A stretch of 61,764 nucleotides of DNA, filler included, from Actinomycetota bacterium (GTDB lineage: Bacteria > Actinomycetota > CADDZG01 > JAHWKV01 > JAOPZY01): NCBI GenBank assembly GCA_025963875.1. It is 7 parts of 7 records of this genome, joined end to end, with 100 filler letters (N's around TTAATTAATTAA, not from the genome) between each part and the next. Parts side by side here need not be neighbours in the genome. Positions count along the whole stretch, not along the records: positions 14,779 to 18,914 come from JAOPZY010000093.1; positions 19,015 to 46,019 come from JAOPZY010000124.1; 5 more parts are not named here. One strand, written 5' to 3'. Below the pieces are notes generated by a model. It worked only from the letters and a program-made list of their open reading frames with translations. It was not told where the DNA came from and made no database searches. Shown piece after piece: positions 18,804-27,779 of the stretch. Numbering within the stretch: the stretch's first letter is position 1; each line of letters begins with the position of its first letter. The translations under genes were made by a program, and so were the position numbers.

Positions 18804-18914
18804 GTGGGCGTCATCGTCACCGAGGAGTTTGTCTGCGACTATTGCACCAAGCGGATCCCCGACACCGATGTCCTGGTCGGCAGGCTCAGCCTTCGCAAGC
18901 GAGGCGCCAGGGGT
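18804..18914 (+). CDS. Small CxxC protein, truncated by the gap
   Basis: Strong RBS AAAGGAGG then GTG: MGVIVTEEFVCDYCTKRIPDTD... Confidence 0.45.
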
Positions 18915-19014
18915 NNNNNNNNNNNNNNNNNNNNNNNNNNNNNNNNNNNNNNNNNNNNTTAATTAATTAANNNNNNNNNNNNNNNNNNNNNNNNNNNNNN
19001 NNNNNNNNNNNNNN
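18915..19014. other. Artificial contig linker
   Basis: N/TTAATTAATTAA/N, 100 nt. Confidence 0.98.
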
Positions 19015-19424
19015 TGATCTCGGGACAGGACCCCTCAGTCCTCGCCGAGGTCATGGAATGGGCCTCGGGTTTCCTGCCCAGGGGATCCAGCGCCACCGCC
19101 ATCGGCTACGCCGTCCAGGTGGTCCGGACCGGCGCCTTCTATATGGAGTCCGAGCAGGCCCGCGGCATGGTCGAGGAACTGGAGACGCTGCGGGAGGTCG
19201 CCGATCGGGGGCCCGGCGGCGAGTCTCTCACCCCCCGGGAGAAGGAGGTCCTCCGCTTGCTCTCCGAGGGCCTCTCGGCCCGCCAGATGGCCAGGCGCCT
19301 GGATCTCTCGGAGCGGACGATCAACACCCACGTCGCCAACGTCTACCGCAAGCTCGCGGTCTCCAACCGTGTGCAGGCGGTGCGCCAGGCGATCCGATTG
19401 GGGTTGGTGAACGAGCCCAAGTAG
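19015..19424 (+). CDS. NarL/LuxR-family response regulator (5' truncated)
   Basis: ASGFLPR receiver end; LTPREKEVLRLLSEGLSARQMARRLDLSERTINTHVANVYRKL. Confidence 0.9.
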
Positions 19425-19451
19425 GCCGGGCCAGAGGGGAAGGGCGAAGCC

Positions 19452-19913
19452 ATGAGTAGCCTCTACGAGCACATCCCGCACCCCCACATCGCGAACCACA
19501 TGAAGAGGGGGCCGGTGAAGATCGCCGACCAGCTGCCGCGGGGCAATGCCATCGAACGCCTCAACGCGAGGGTCGCGGTTCGGATCACCAAGATGGTGGG
19601 ATCGATGTGGTGCGCCTACCTGTTCGCCGCCTTCGACCTCCTGAGCCTCCCCGCTGCGATCAAAGGAGGCATCTCCACGATCGTTGCCTGGGTTGCCCAG
19701 ACGTTCCTGCAGCTGGTCCTCCTCAGCATCATCATGGTCGGCCAGAACGTCCAGTCCGCCGCCGCAGACAAGCGGTCTGAGGACACCTACCTCGACGCCG
19801 AGGCAGTCCTGCACGAAGCGCAGCAGATTCAGGCCCACCTCGCCGCTCAGGACGGCGCCATCATGGCCATCGCCTCCCACGTAGGCGTGGCCCTCGTCCC
19901 GCACGAGTCCTGA
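19452..19913 (+). CDS. DUF1003-like membrane protein
   Basis: ITKMVGSMWCAY, QTFLQLVLLSIIMVGQN. Confidence 0.75.
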   Translation: MSSLYEHIPHPHIANHMKRGPVKIADQLPRGNAIERLNARVAVRITKMVGSMWCAYLFAAFDLLSLPAAIKGGISTIVAWVAQTFLQLVLLSIIMVGQNVQSAAADKRSEDTYLDAEAVLHEAQQIQAHLAAQDGAIMAIASHVGVALVPHES

Positions 19914-20007
19914 CGACCCAGAACTTGGAAGATGGCGCGCCTGGCGCGACACTCTCCCGTGTGAGTTCTGGGCCGTGGGGGACCAGGCTGAGCGGAAGGA
20001 GCGGCAG

Positions 20008-20310
20008 ATGTACGGGACGGTGGCGAGGATGAAGGCAAAGCCGGGGACCGGGGAGCTGCTGGCCGAGCTGGGCCGCCAGCTCAGCGACGACCGGCCGGCC
20101 GGCATGGTCGGGACGTGGGTCTACCAGCTGGATGCCGATCCGGACGAGTACCTGCTGGCCGTCGCCTTCGAGAGCCGGGAGGCCTACCGGGCCAACGCCG
20201 ACAGCCCCGAGCAGGATGCCCGCTACCAGCAGATGCGGGCGCTGCTGGATGCCGACCCAGAGTGGCACGACGGAGAGATCGTCTACTCGGACGGTCCCCT
20301 GGGTTCGTGA
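20008..20310 (+). CDS. ABM-like dimeric alpha/beta barrel protein
   Basis: MYGTVARMKAKPG...FESREAYRANADSPEQDARY...PEWHDGEI; RBS AAGGAG. Confidence 0.7.
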   Translation: MYGTVARMKAKPGTGELLAELGRQLSDDRPAGMVGTWVYQLDADPDEYLLAVAFESREAYRANADSPEQDARYQQMRALLDADPEWHDGEIVYSDGPLGS

Positions 20311-20828
20311 CCGTCCCGGACTGGGACACCGCGCTGAAGGAGTTCGAGGCAGCGCGGAGCGCCTTCGTCGACGCCTACGCCGGGATCCCGGACGAGGCCC
20401 TGGCCTTCCTGAAGCCGGGTGAGGACTACGCCCTCGGCGGGCTGGTGACCCACGTGGTGGCGGTCCTCGAGCACTACCAGCTCGTCCTGTCGGCGGTCGT
20501 CGATGCGGAGTTCGGCGAAGTACGTCCCGAGGACGCGCCGGGGTTCTGGGAGCAGCAGCGTCTCCGTGCCCATGCCGGTCTGCAGCCAGACGAGCGCGAG
20601 GCGGCGTTCGCCGAGCTCGAACGCCGGCATGGCGGTTTCATCGCCACCATGACGTCGCTCCCCCCGGAGGACTGGAACCGCAAGGCTCCGGTATGGTTCG
20701 GCAGCGCCGCCGAGGCCCTGCCGACGAGCCCCGGGGACATCTGGGGATGGCTGAACGGCCACTACCTCGAGCATGTCGGGCAGGTCCAGGACCTCCATAA
20801 GGAATGGGTCGCCGGCCGCACTGGATAA
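20307..20828 (+). CDS. DinB-family protein
   Basis: GTGA overlap with the previous gene; helical protein with LVTHV and HYLEH metal-site pattern. Confidence 0.7.
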   Translation: MTVPDWDTALKEFEAARSAFVDAYAGIPDEALAFLKPGEDYALGGLVTHVVAVLEHYQLVLSAVVDAEFGEVRPEDAPGFWEQQRLRAHAGLQPDEREAAFAELERRHGGFIATMTSLPPEDWNRKAPVWFGSAAEALPTSPGDIWGWLNGHYLEHVGQVQDLHKEWVAGRTG

Positions 20829-20837
20829 ACTGCGAGC

Positions 20838-21560
20838 GTGGACACTTCCCGCGACGCCTTGCTCACACTTCTGCAGCTCCAGCGGGTGGATTCCACGATC
20901 GACCGGCTCCAGGGGCGGCTGGCGCACCTGCCCGAACAGTCGGCGCTCGACGCCCTCGAAGCGAGGGCGGAAGAGCTGGATTCCCAGGTCGCGGAGCGGC
21001 AGGCCGTCTTCGACGACGTGTCGACCCGCCAGCGCCGCCTCGATTTCGAGGTCGACACCCTCGTGCAGAAAATCAGAGCCGAGTCCGGTCGCCTCTACTC
21101 CGGGGTCGTGAGCAACGCCAAGGAGCTCCAGGACATCTCGCGCGAGGTCGAGGCCCTCAAGCGGCGGAAGTCGGTGCTGGAGGACAACGACCTCGAGGTC
21201 ATGGAGGAACGCGACGGCGTGGAGAAGCAACTGGAGGCGCTGACCACGGACCGCTCGTCGCTGGGGGCCGAGATCGAGCGGGCGCGGGTTGCCCGGGACC
21301 AGGCCGCCGGGGAGACGGGGCTCCAGCTCGACGCCGCCGAGGCCGAGCGCAAGCTCTGGGTTCCCCGGGTCGACCCCCAGCTCCTCAAGGTCTACGACAC
21401 CATCCGGGCCTCGAAGGGCGGCGTCGGGGCGGCGGCCATGATCGACGGAACGTGCCAGGGATGCCACATGCGACTGCCGGCCCAGGAGGCCGAGCGCGTC
21501 CGGACCGCCGGGGGCCTGGTCCGCTGCGACGAGTGCCAGCGCATCCTGGTCGTCGTCTGA
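20838..21560 (+). CDS. C4-type zinc-ribbon coiled-coil protein (DUF164)
   Basis: LLTLLQLQRVD, long coiled coil, CQGCHMRL...CDECQRIL. Confidence 0.92.
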   Translation: MDTSRDALLTLLQLQRVDSTIDRLQGRLAHLPEQSALDALEARAEELDSQVAERQAVFDDVSTRQRRLDFEVDTLVQKIRAESGRLYSGVVSNAKELQDISREVEALKRRKSVLEDNDLEVMEERDGVEKQLEALTTDRSSLGAEIERARVARDQAAGETGLQLDAAEAERKLWVPRVDPQLLKVYDTIRASKGGVGAAAMIDGTCQGCHMRLPAQEAERVRTAGGLVRCDECQRILVVV

Positions 21561-21569
21561 GGTTCCTCG

Positions 21570-22037
21570 TTGAGCGGTGAGGTGCGCGGCGAGTGGCAGA
21601 TCCGAACCGACGGCGCCGCCAGGGGCAATCCCGGGCCTGCCGGGGTGGGGGTGGTGCTGCTCGATCCCGGCGGTGCCGTCGTGGACGAGCTCGGGAAAGG
21701 CATCGGCTGGGCCACCAACAACGTCGCCGAGTACCAGGCCCTCATCGAAGGGCTGCGGCTCGCCAAGTCCCACGGCGCTAACCGGCTTGCCGTGTTCTCC
21801 GACTCGACGCTGCTCGTCGAGCAGATGAAAGGCCGCTGGAAGGTGAAGCACGCGGGGCTGAAGCCGCTGTTCGCCCTTGCCGGCAAGCTTGCCAAGGAGA
21901 TCGGGAACGTCCGCTACGTGGCGGTTCCCCGGGAACGCAACCGGCGGGCGGACGAGCTTGCCAACCTTGGCGTCGACCGGGACAACCCGCAGGTCGACGC
22001 CCCCCGGCCCGGCGCGGAGTCCGAGCGGCTGTTCTAG
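21570..22037 (+). CDS. rnhA: Ribonuclease HI family protein
   Basis: TDGAARGNPGPAG, TNNVAEY, SDSTLLVEQM, VPRERNRRADELAN. Confidence 0.92.
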   Translation: MSGEVRGEWQIRTDGAARGNPGPAGVGVVLLDPGGAVVDELGKGIGWATNNVAEYQALIEGLRLAKSHGANRLAVFSDSTLLVEQMKGRWKVKHAGLKPLFALAGKLAKEIGNVRYVAVPRERNRRADELANLGVDRDNPQVDAPRPGAESERLF

Positions 22038-22587
22038 GTGTTCTTCTGGTACCTGGGCGTCGGCTGCGCCCTCCTGCTCCTCACGCTCGGCCCTCGCCGG
22101 ATCGACTACCGCCTGGCGCTGCTCGGCCTCGTCCTGCCCCTCGGCGATGTCGTCATCCGCATCCTCGCCTACCCGCACTCCCGGCTCGGCGTGCACCTGT
22201 ACCTCCACACGTTCGCATTCGCCCTCGTGCTGGCGCTCGCCGTGATGACGTTCCTCCGGGGGGCGACGGCGCGCCGATGGTTCGTCGTGCCGATGGCCGC
22301 CGTCATCCACCTGCTCCTCGCCGGGATGCTGGGCGATCCCGTCGGGCTGTTCTGGCCGCTGCTCGGCTCCCACTTCGCCACGCTGCCGGAAAGCGTCCGC
22401 CTGGCGAGCAGGGTGCTGCCGCTCAGCGGGGGGGACATCGTCAAGGAGCTGCTCGGCATCGCCGCCCTCGTGTACATCGCGTTCGCCTTCGGTCTGGACA
22501 AGCCGCCAGCGCGCAAGGACTTTCTCCGCACCGGCACGCTGTCGACACGGCGCCGGGATGGAGGCATCCCGGCGGTAGAATGGAGTG

Positions 22588-22967
<380 letters not shown>

Positions 22968-22968
22968 G

Positions 22969-22998
22969 CGAGGAAGGGGCCCGCGGGCCCCTTCCTCG
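22969..22998. terminator. Perfect hairpin between convergent rnpB and the DUF5679 gene
   Basis: CGAGGAAGGGGCCC-GC-GGGCCCCTTCCTCG. Confidence 0.7.
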
Positions 22999-23000
22999 GC

Positions 23001-23153
23001 TCAGGCAGACTTCCCGAGCATCCGCGTGATCTTGGTGCCGCACTTCGGGCACTGGCCCTGGGCCGCAAAGCGGCCGTTGGGAAGCTCCTTCTTCTCACCC
23101 TCGAACTCGCGCTTCTCACGGCACTTGACGCAGTAGCCCTCGTAGCTCGCCAT
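23001..23153 (-). CDS. DUF5679 small zinc-finger protein
   Basis: MASYEGYCVKCREKREF...GQCPKCGTKITRMLGK; RBS GAAAGGA. Confidence 0.85.
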   Translation of the reverse strand: MASYEGYCVKCREKREFEGEKKELPNGRFAAQGQCPKCGTKITRMLGKSA

Positions 23154-23283
23154 ACAGGATCCTTTCTCGACGCCTCCTTGCGGGCGGCCTCCCGTGCGGG
23201 TCTGGGCACCTCGGAGGCTAACACGACATTTCCCCCAGGCTCTCCACTTCCAGCCGGGGCCCGGGCTCTGATAGCGTGGGCCT

Positions 23284-23754
23284 GTGCTGAGCCCTGGAAC
23301 CACAGCCCCGTCATTCACACTACCCGACCAGAACACCGAAGCGGTGTCGCTGGCCGATTTCGCCGGCCGCTGGGTGGTGCTCTGGTGGTTCCCCAAGGCC
23401 TCCACGGGCGGCTGAACGAAGGAAGGGGAAGGGTTCCGTGACCGAACCCAATGGTTCACCGAGGCAGGGGCGGAGATCCTCGGGGCTTCGTTCGACCCGC
23501 CCGCCGAGAACAAGTTCTTCGCAGAGGCCCGGCGGCTGCCCTTCAAGCTCCTGTCCGACACGGAGCGCCGTACCGCAGAGGCCTACGACGTGCTGAAGGA
23601 CCCCGCCGACCGTACCGCCGGCCTCGCCCGGCGCGTCACCTACCTCATCGATCCCGAGGGCACGATCCGCGAGGCCTACAAGGTCGAGGACATCGAGATG
23701 CATCCGGCGAGGGTCCTTGCCGACCTCCGCGCCATCCTCGGGATCAAAGTTTGA
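23284..23754 (+). CDS. bcp: Peroxiredoxin (Bcp/PrxQ type) with in-frame TGA at the peroxidatic position; probable selenoprotein
   Basis: My translation: MLSPGTTAPSFTLPDQNTEAVSLADFAGRWVVLWWFPKASTGG(TGA)TKEGEGFRD...LPFKLLSD...RRVTYLIDPEGTI... TGA at 23413-23415 falls on the C of the PxxxTxxC motif. Confidence 0.85.
23431..23449 (+). promoter_or_regulatory. Candidate bacterial SECIS hairpin
   Basis: GGGTTC-CGTGACC-GAACCC. 21 nt separate the TGA from the loop, and G is the second loop base. Confidence 0.6.
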
Positions 23755-23783
23755 GGGATCAAGGTTTGAGGGATCGCGGTTGA
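23740..23783 (+). repeat. 15-bp tandem repeat x3 (degenerate)
   Basis: GGGATCAAAGTTTGA GGGATCAAGGTTTGA GGGATCGCGGTTGA, spanning the bcp stop and the ridA start. Confidence 0.75.
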
Positions 23784-24163
23784 GCGACCACGGCGTCATC
23801 ACCACCGGCAGGGCCCCCGCCGCCATCGGCCCCTACTCGCAGGCGGTTCGGAGTGGGTCATTCCTGTTCTGCTCAGGCCAGATCCCCCTCGACCCCGCCA
23901 CGGGGCAACTCGTGCAGGGCGGCATCGAGGCGCAGACGGCACAGGTGCTGGACAACCTGACGGCGGTGCTCGCAGCCGCCGGCCTGACGCTCCGCGACGT
24001 GGTGAAGACGACGGTGTTCCTCGCCTCGATGGACGACTTCCCGGCCATGAACGAGGTGTACGCCCGCTCCTTCGACGAGGACCCCCCTGCCCGGAGCACC
24101 ATCGGGGTGGCATCCCTCCCGAAGGGGGCCCGGGTGGAGATCGAAGCGATCGCCAGCGCTTAG
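23780..24163 (+). CDS. ridA: RidA/YjgF family enamine deaminase
   Basis: APAAIGPYSQA, SGQIPLDP, VVKTTVFL, PPARS, VEIEAIA. Confidence 0.93.
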   Translation: MSDHGVITTGRAPAAIGPYSQAVRSGSFLFCSGQIPLDPATGQLVQGGIEAQTAQVLDNLTAVLAAAGLTLRDVVKTTVFLASMDDFPAMNEVYARSFDEDPPARSTIGVASLPKGARVEIEAIASA

Positions 24164-24175
24164 GCCTCCCCGCGA

Positions 24176-24219
24176 GGTGAGGAGTTTTTTACGCGTATGA
24201 CTGCACATTTCCTCCCCAG
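24176..24219. repeat. Degenerate palindromic repeat copy
   Basis: GGTGAGGAG...CGCGTATG...CCTCCCCAG shares the CGCGTATG centre with the 14054 copy; lies between convergent genes. Confidence 0.45.
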
Positions 24220-24227
24220 TCCGGCAG

Positions 24228-24851
24228 TCAGGGCGCCCGGCCCTCGGCGAGCTGGCGCCAGCGCTGGGCGGTGATCGACCAGGTGGGATGGCCTCGCCAG
24301 GCTCCGGCGAGGCGGAGGTAGCGGGGCGGCGCCTTCTCGGGCCGGAACCCGGCCCGCCGGACGAGGGCGATCGAGGCGATGTTGCCTGGCTGGATGCTGG
24401 CCCCCAACGCTTGAAGACCGAGGCCAAGGAAGGCGTGGCGCATCAGGAGTTGGAGGCCCTCGGTCATGAGGCCCTGTCCGGCGAAGCCGGCATGAACGTA
24501 GTAGCTGCAGTACGCCGTGTGCAGCATCGTCGAGATCTCGTTGAGGTTGAAGACTCCCACGATGAGTCCGTCGGGCAGCCGGCACACCAGGAACGCCGCC
24601 CCCGTCCGCTTGCGGGACCGCACGAGGAAGGCCCCGTAGTCCCGGGCTTCGGCGGGGGGACGGATCCACTGGCCGTGCAGTTCGCGGCTCGCCTTCACCA
24701 GTGCGAGGAACTCGTCCCGGTCGTCCTCGCCGGGCCGCCGCAGGAACACGCGGTCCCCCGTCTCGAGGACGTCGAACACGCCGCGGCCGCTGGCCTGCCG
24801 GGGCGGCGCCGGCGTCTGCGCCTCCCCGGTGCCGCCGCCCTCAGCCGGCAT
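24228..24851 (-). CDS. GNAT (RimJ/RimL-like) N-acetyltransferase
   Basis: RVFLRRP, GQGLMTEGL, IQPGNIASIALVRRAGF, YLRLAGAWR. Confidence 0.88.
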   Translation of the reverse strand: MPAEGGGTGEAQTPAPPRQASGRGVFDVLETGDRVFLRRPGEDDRDEFLALVKASRELHGQWIRPPAEARDYGAFLVRSRKRTGAAFLVCRLPDGLIVGVFNLNEISTMLHTAYCSYYVHAGFAGQGLMTEGLQLLMRHAFLGLGLQALGASIQPGNIASIALVRRAGFRPEKAPPRYLRLAGAWRGHPTWSITAQRWRQLAEGRAP

Positions 24852-25947
24852 GCTTGCGGAGCGCCGTCCGGAACTGCTCGACAGCCTCGTCCCAGGTGAA
24901 GCCGCTCAGGACCCGCTGCCGGCCGAGCGTTCCCATGCTGCGGGCGAGGGCCGGGTCGTCGAGCAGGCGGATGATGGCGGCCGCCGTCTCGTCCAAGCTG
25001 CGGCCGTCGACGATGATTCCCGTCTCCGCGTCCGCCACCGCCTCGCCCACCCCGCCCGCGGCGCCGGCGACCACCGGCAGGCCGGCCGAGGCGGCCTCGA
25101 GGTAGACGAGCGGGAAGCCCTCCGTCTCGAGACCCCAGAAGCGCTCCCGGGTGGGAAGGGCGAACACGTCGGCTGCGGCGTAGTACCGGGGCAGGCTGCT
25201 CCACGGCACGGGGCCCACGAATCGCACGGAGGAGCTCACGCCGGTGGCCCGGGCGGCGTGCTCCAGCCGCCGGAGGTCGGAGCCGCCGCCGACGATCTGC
25301 AGGGTCGTCCGGGGGTGGCGGGCGAGAATCCGGGGGAGCGCGGCGATGAGGGTCGAGGGGCCCTTGCGGGCCACGAGACGGCAGACGCACAGGATGATGG
25401 GACCCTGTCCTGCTCTGTCCTTGGGCTGAGGAGCGAAGCGGGCAGGATCCACGCCAGGGGTCACGACCTCGGTCGGCGGCGGGTCCTTCAGGAGCCGGAG
25501 GACCGCCCCCTGCGTGAACGTCGACACCGGCAGCACGACGGCCGCCTCGCCGAGGGCCTGCTGCATGAGGGGGCGGAACAGCTTGGCGCCGATCATGAAC
25601 TCCCCTCCGTGCACCGTCACGGCATAGGGGATGCCGGTGGCGCGCAGGATCCGGGGCCCGAGGAGGGACAGGGGCAGGGTGGCGCTGGCGAAATGGACCA
25701 TGTCGAAGTGCGTCCCGGCCAGCAGGTCGAGGACCTTGGCCTGGAAGCCCGGGGTCGGGAGCAGGGTGGCCACCCGTTCCCGCCGCACCTCGGCGTCCAA
25801 CGTCGCATCGACGGCCTCGGAGCCGTGCGTCGCTCGGGTGAGGACCACCACGTCCGACGGTTCCCACCGGGCAACGATCGAATAGATGTAGTTCTCGATG
25901 CCACCGAGAGTGGGCGGGAAATCGTTGGTGATCTCCAGAAGGCGCAC
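24841..25947 (-). CDS. Glycosyltransferase family 4 (PimB-like)
   Basis: ITNDFPPTLGGIE, PGVD, RLVARKG, EGFPLVYLEA. Confidence 0.92.
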   Translation of the reverse strand: MRLLEITNDFPPTLGGIENYIYSIVARWEPSDVVVLTRATHGSEAVDATLDAEVRRERVATLLPTPGFQAKVLDLLAGTHFDMVHFASATLPLSLLGPRILRATGIPYAVTVHGGEFMIGAKLFRPLMQQALGEAAVVLPVSTFTQGAVLRLLKDPPPTEVVTPGVDPARFAPQPKDRAGQGPIILCVCRLVARKGPSTLIAALPRILARHPRTTLQIVGGGSDLRRLEHAARATGVSSSVRFVGPVPWSSLPRYYAAADVFALPTRERFWGLETEGFPLVYLEAASAGLPVVAGAAGGVGEAVADAETGIIVDGRSLDETAAAIIRLLDDPALARSMGTLGRQRVLSGFTWDEAVEQFRTALRKHAG

Positions 25948-26017
25948 GGACTGCAAAGTCTAAGGCCTGCTTGAGCGATGCTTGACCCGGGGGGCTACAG
26001 CACCTAGGTTGAGCCGA

Positions 26018-26833
26018 ATGCACGCGTTCCGCCGCTATCTGGCTGAGTTCATCGGCACGTTCATCGTCGTGTTCATCGCGGCGGGAGCCATCGTCGCCGA
26101 CGTCTTCCTCACGCACACGCGGCTGGCCGACTCGTTCGGGCCACTCGGCATCGTCGCCGCCTATGGGCTGGCGGTGGCCCTTGCCATGCTGGCGGTTATG
26201 CCGATCTCGGGGGCGCACCTCAACCCTGTGCTCAGCATCTCCGCCTACGTCGCCCGGCGGCTGTCGCTCTCCGAGGCCGGCGGGTACGTCCTTGCCCAGG
26301 TGGCCGGCGCGGTCGTCGCCGCCTTCCTGCTGCGGGCCATCATGCCGAAGAGCGCCTTCGACTTCGCCTCCGGCGGCGCGCCCGGCCTGGCAGCGGGCGT
26401 CTCGGTGCTGCAGGGAACGGCGGTCGAGGTCGTGCTCACCTTCTTCCTGACGTTCACCTTCTGGGCGGTGTTCGTCGACGAACGGGGCCCCCGGGCCGTG
26501 GCGCCGTTCGCGGTGGGCCTGGCCGTCATCGTCGGGGGCCTCGCCGGCTCGGCGTTCAGCGGGGCGGCGATGAACCCCGTCCGGTGGCTGGGGCCTGCCC
26601 TCGCCAGCACCCACGTCTCCAACTGGCTCATCTGGACGGTAGGGCCGCTGTTGGGCGGCCTGCTGGGCTCGCTCGCCTACGAATCGTTGTTCCTGTCGGA
26701 GTTCCCGGCGAGGCCATCCGGCACCTTGGACGGCGAGGAAGAAGAAGAGGAGGAAGAGGAAGAAGAAGAGCTGGAGACGGAGGCCCCCGTCGTCGTCACT
26801 CCTCCCATCGAGCCTCGCTCGCCCGAAGTCTGA
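26018..26833 (+). CDS. MIP/aquaporin family channel with acidic tail
   Basis: AEFIGTF, ISGAHLNPV, GAAMNPVR, WTVGPLLG; run of 12 Glu in the tail. Confidence 0.9.
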   Translation: MHAFRRYLAEFIGTFIVVFIAAGAIVADVFLTHTRLADSFGPLGIVAAYGLAVALAMLAVMPISGAHLNPVLSISAYVARRLSLSEAGGYVLAQVAGAVVAAFLLRAIMPKSAFDFASGGAPGLAAGVSVLQGTAVEVVLTFFLTFTFWAVFVDERGPRAVAPFAVGLAVIVGGLAGSAFSGAAMNPVRWLGPALASTHVSNWLIWTVGPLLGGLLGSLAYESLFLSEFPARPSGTLDGEEEEEEEEEEEELETEAPVVVTPPIEPRSPEV

Positions 26834-26840
26834 GCAGGCG

Positions 26841-27248
26841 CTAGAGCGTCAGGCCGAAATCCCGGAGCGCCTCCAGCAGCCCGTCGCTCAACTCCAGCCG
26901 GACCATCTCGGAGGGCAGCACCCACCGGGCGTCGGTCACGTCGCTGCCCGGCCGCAGGGTCCCCCCGGTGACGGTCACGTGGTAGTCGAGGATCACGTAG
27001 TGGAATCCCTCGTCGAGATAGATGCGCTCCACCAGCCCAGCGAGCTTGCCGGGCGCCACCTCGAGGCCCGTCTCCTCGATCACCTCCCGGCGCAGGGCGT
27101 CCGACAGGGTCTCGCCCCAGTCGACGCGGCCCCCCGGCAGCGACCAGCGCCCCAGGGCCGGTGCTTTTCCCCGGCGGACCAGGAGCAGGGCACCGTCGTC
27201 GCGGATCGCCACCGCCCCCACCGCCACCAATGGGCGCCGTCCCATCAT
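26841..27248 (-). CDS. NUDIX hydrolase
   Basis: WSLPGGRVDWGETLSDALRREVIEETGL. Confidence 0.92.
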   Translation of the reverse strand: MMGRRPLVAVGAVAIRDDGALLLVRRGKAPALGRWSLPGGRVDWGETLSDALRREVIEETGLEVAPGKLAGLVERIYLDEGFHYVILDYHVTVTGGTLRPGSDVTDARWVLPSEMVRLELSDGLLEALRDFGLTL

Positions 27249-27274
27249 GGTCGAGCATAAACGGCAGCCGCAGC

Positions 27275-27349
27275 CCGGATCGAAGCCCGAGGCGCCCCTC
27301 AAGGCGCCGGATCGAAGCCCGAGGCGCCCCTCAAGGCGCCGGATCGAAG
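27275..27349 (+). repeat. 32-bp tandem repeat x2.3 containing GAGGCGCCCCTCAAGGCGCCGGATC
   Basis: Unit CCGGATCGAAGCCCGAGGCGCCCCTCAAGGCG starts at 27275, 27307 and (partial) 27339. Confidence 0.9.
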
Positions 27350-27385
27350 TAGGGTGGAAGTCCCGATCGAGGGCGGAGCGAGGCG

Positions 27386-27763
27386 ATGAGCATCACGATT
27401 CTCCTGGTCGAAGACGATGCCTCTGTACGGGAGCTGCTCAAGGTGCTGCTCGAGGTGGAGGGCTACGACATCGTCGAGGCGTCCGACGGGCAGGACGGCC
27501 TGGAGAAGGCCGGCGAGCTCAGGCCCGATCTCATGATCGTGGACCTGATGATGCCCCAGGTGGATGGGGAGCGGGTCATCTCACGCCTGCGAGCGAACCC
27601 GGGCACCCGGCTCATGCCGGTCATCGTGGTCAGCGGCCGCTACGAGGCCCTCGACCGGTGCCGGGACATGATCGGGCCGGACAACGTCTTCGCCAAGCCG
27701 TTCGAGCCGGTCAAGCTGCTGAAGCGTGTCGGCACCCTGGTGGGCCAGGCCATGGACGGCTGA
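27386..27763 (+). CDS. Single-domain response regulator
   Basis: ILLVEDD, DLMMPQVDG, VSG, KPF. Confidence 0.92.
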   Translation: MSITILLVEDDASVRELLKVLLEVEGYDIVEASDGQDGLEKAGELRPDLMIVDLMMPQVDGERVISRLRANPGTRLMPVIVVSGRYEALDRCRDMIGPDNVFAKPFEPVKLLKRVGTLVGQAMDG

Positions 27764-27779
27764 GCGGGAGCCCAGCCCT

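Noticed and set aside
27275..27349. Possible mini-CRISPR array
   Set aside because: The sequences between the repeat cores are identical and only 7 nt long, and no cas genes are present. It is a tandem repeat.
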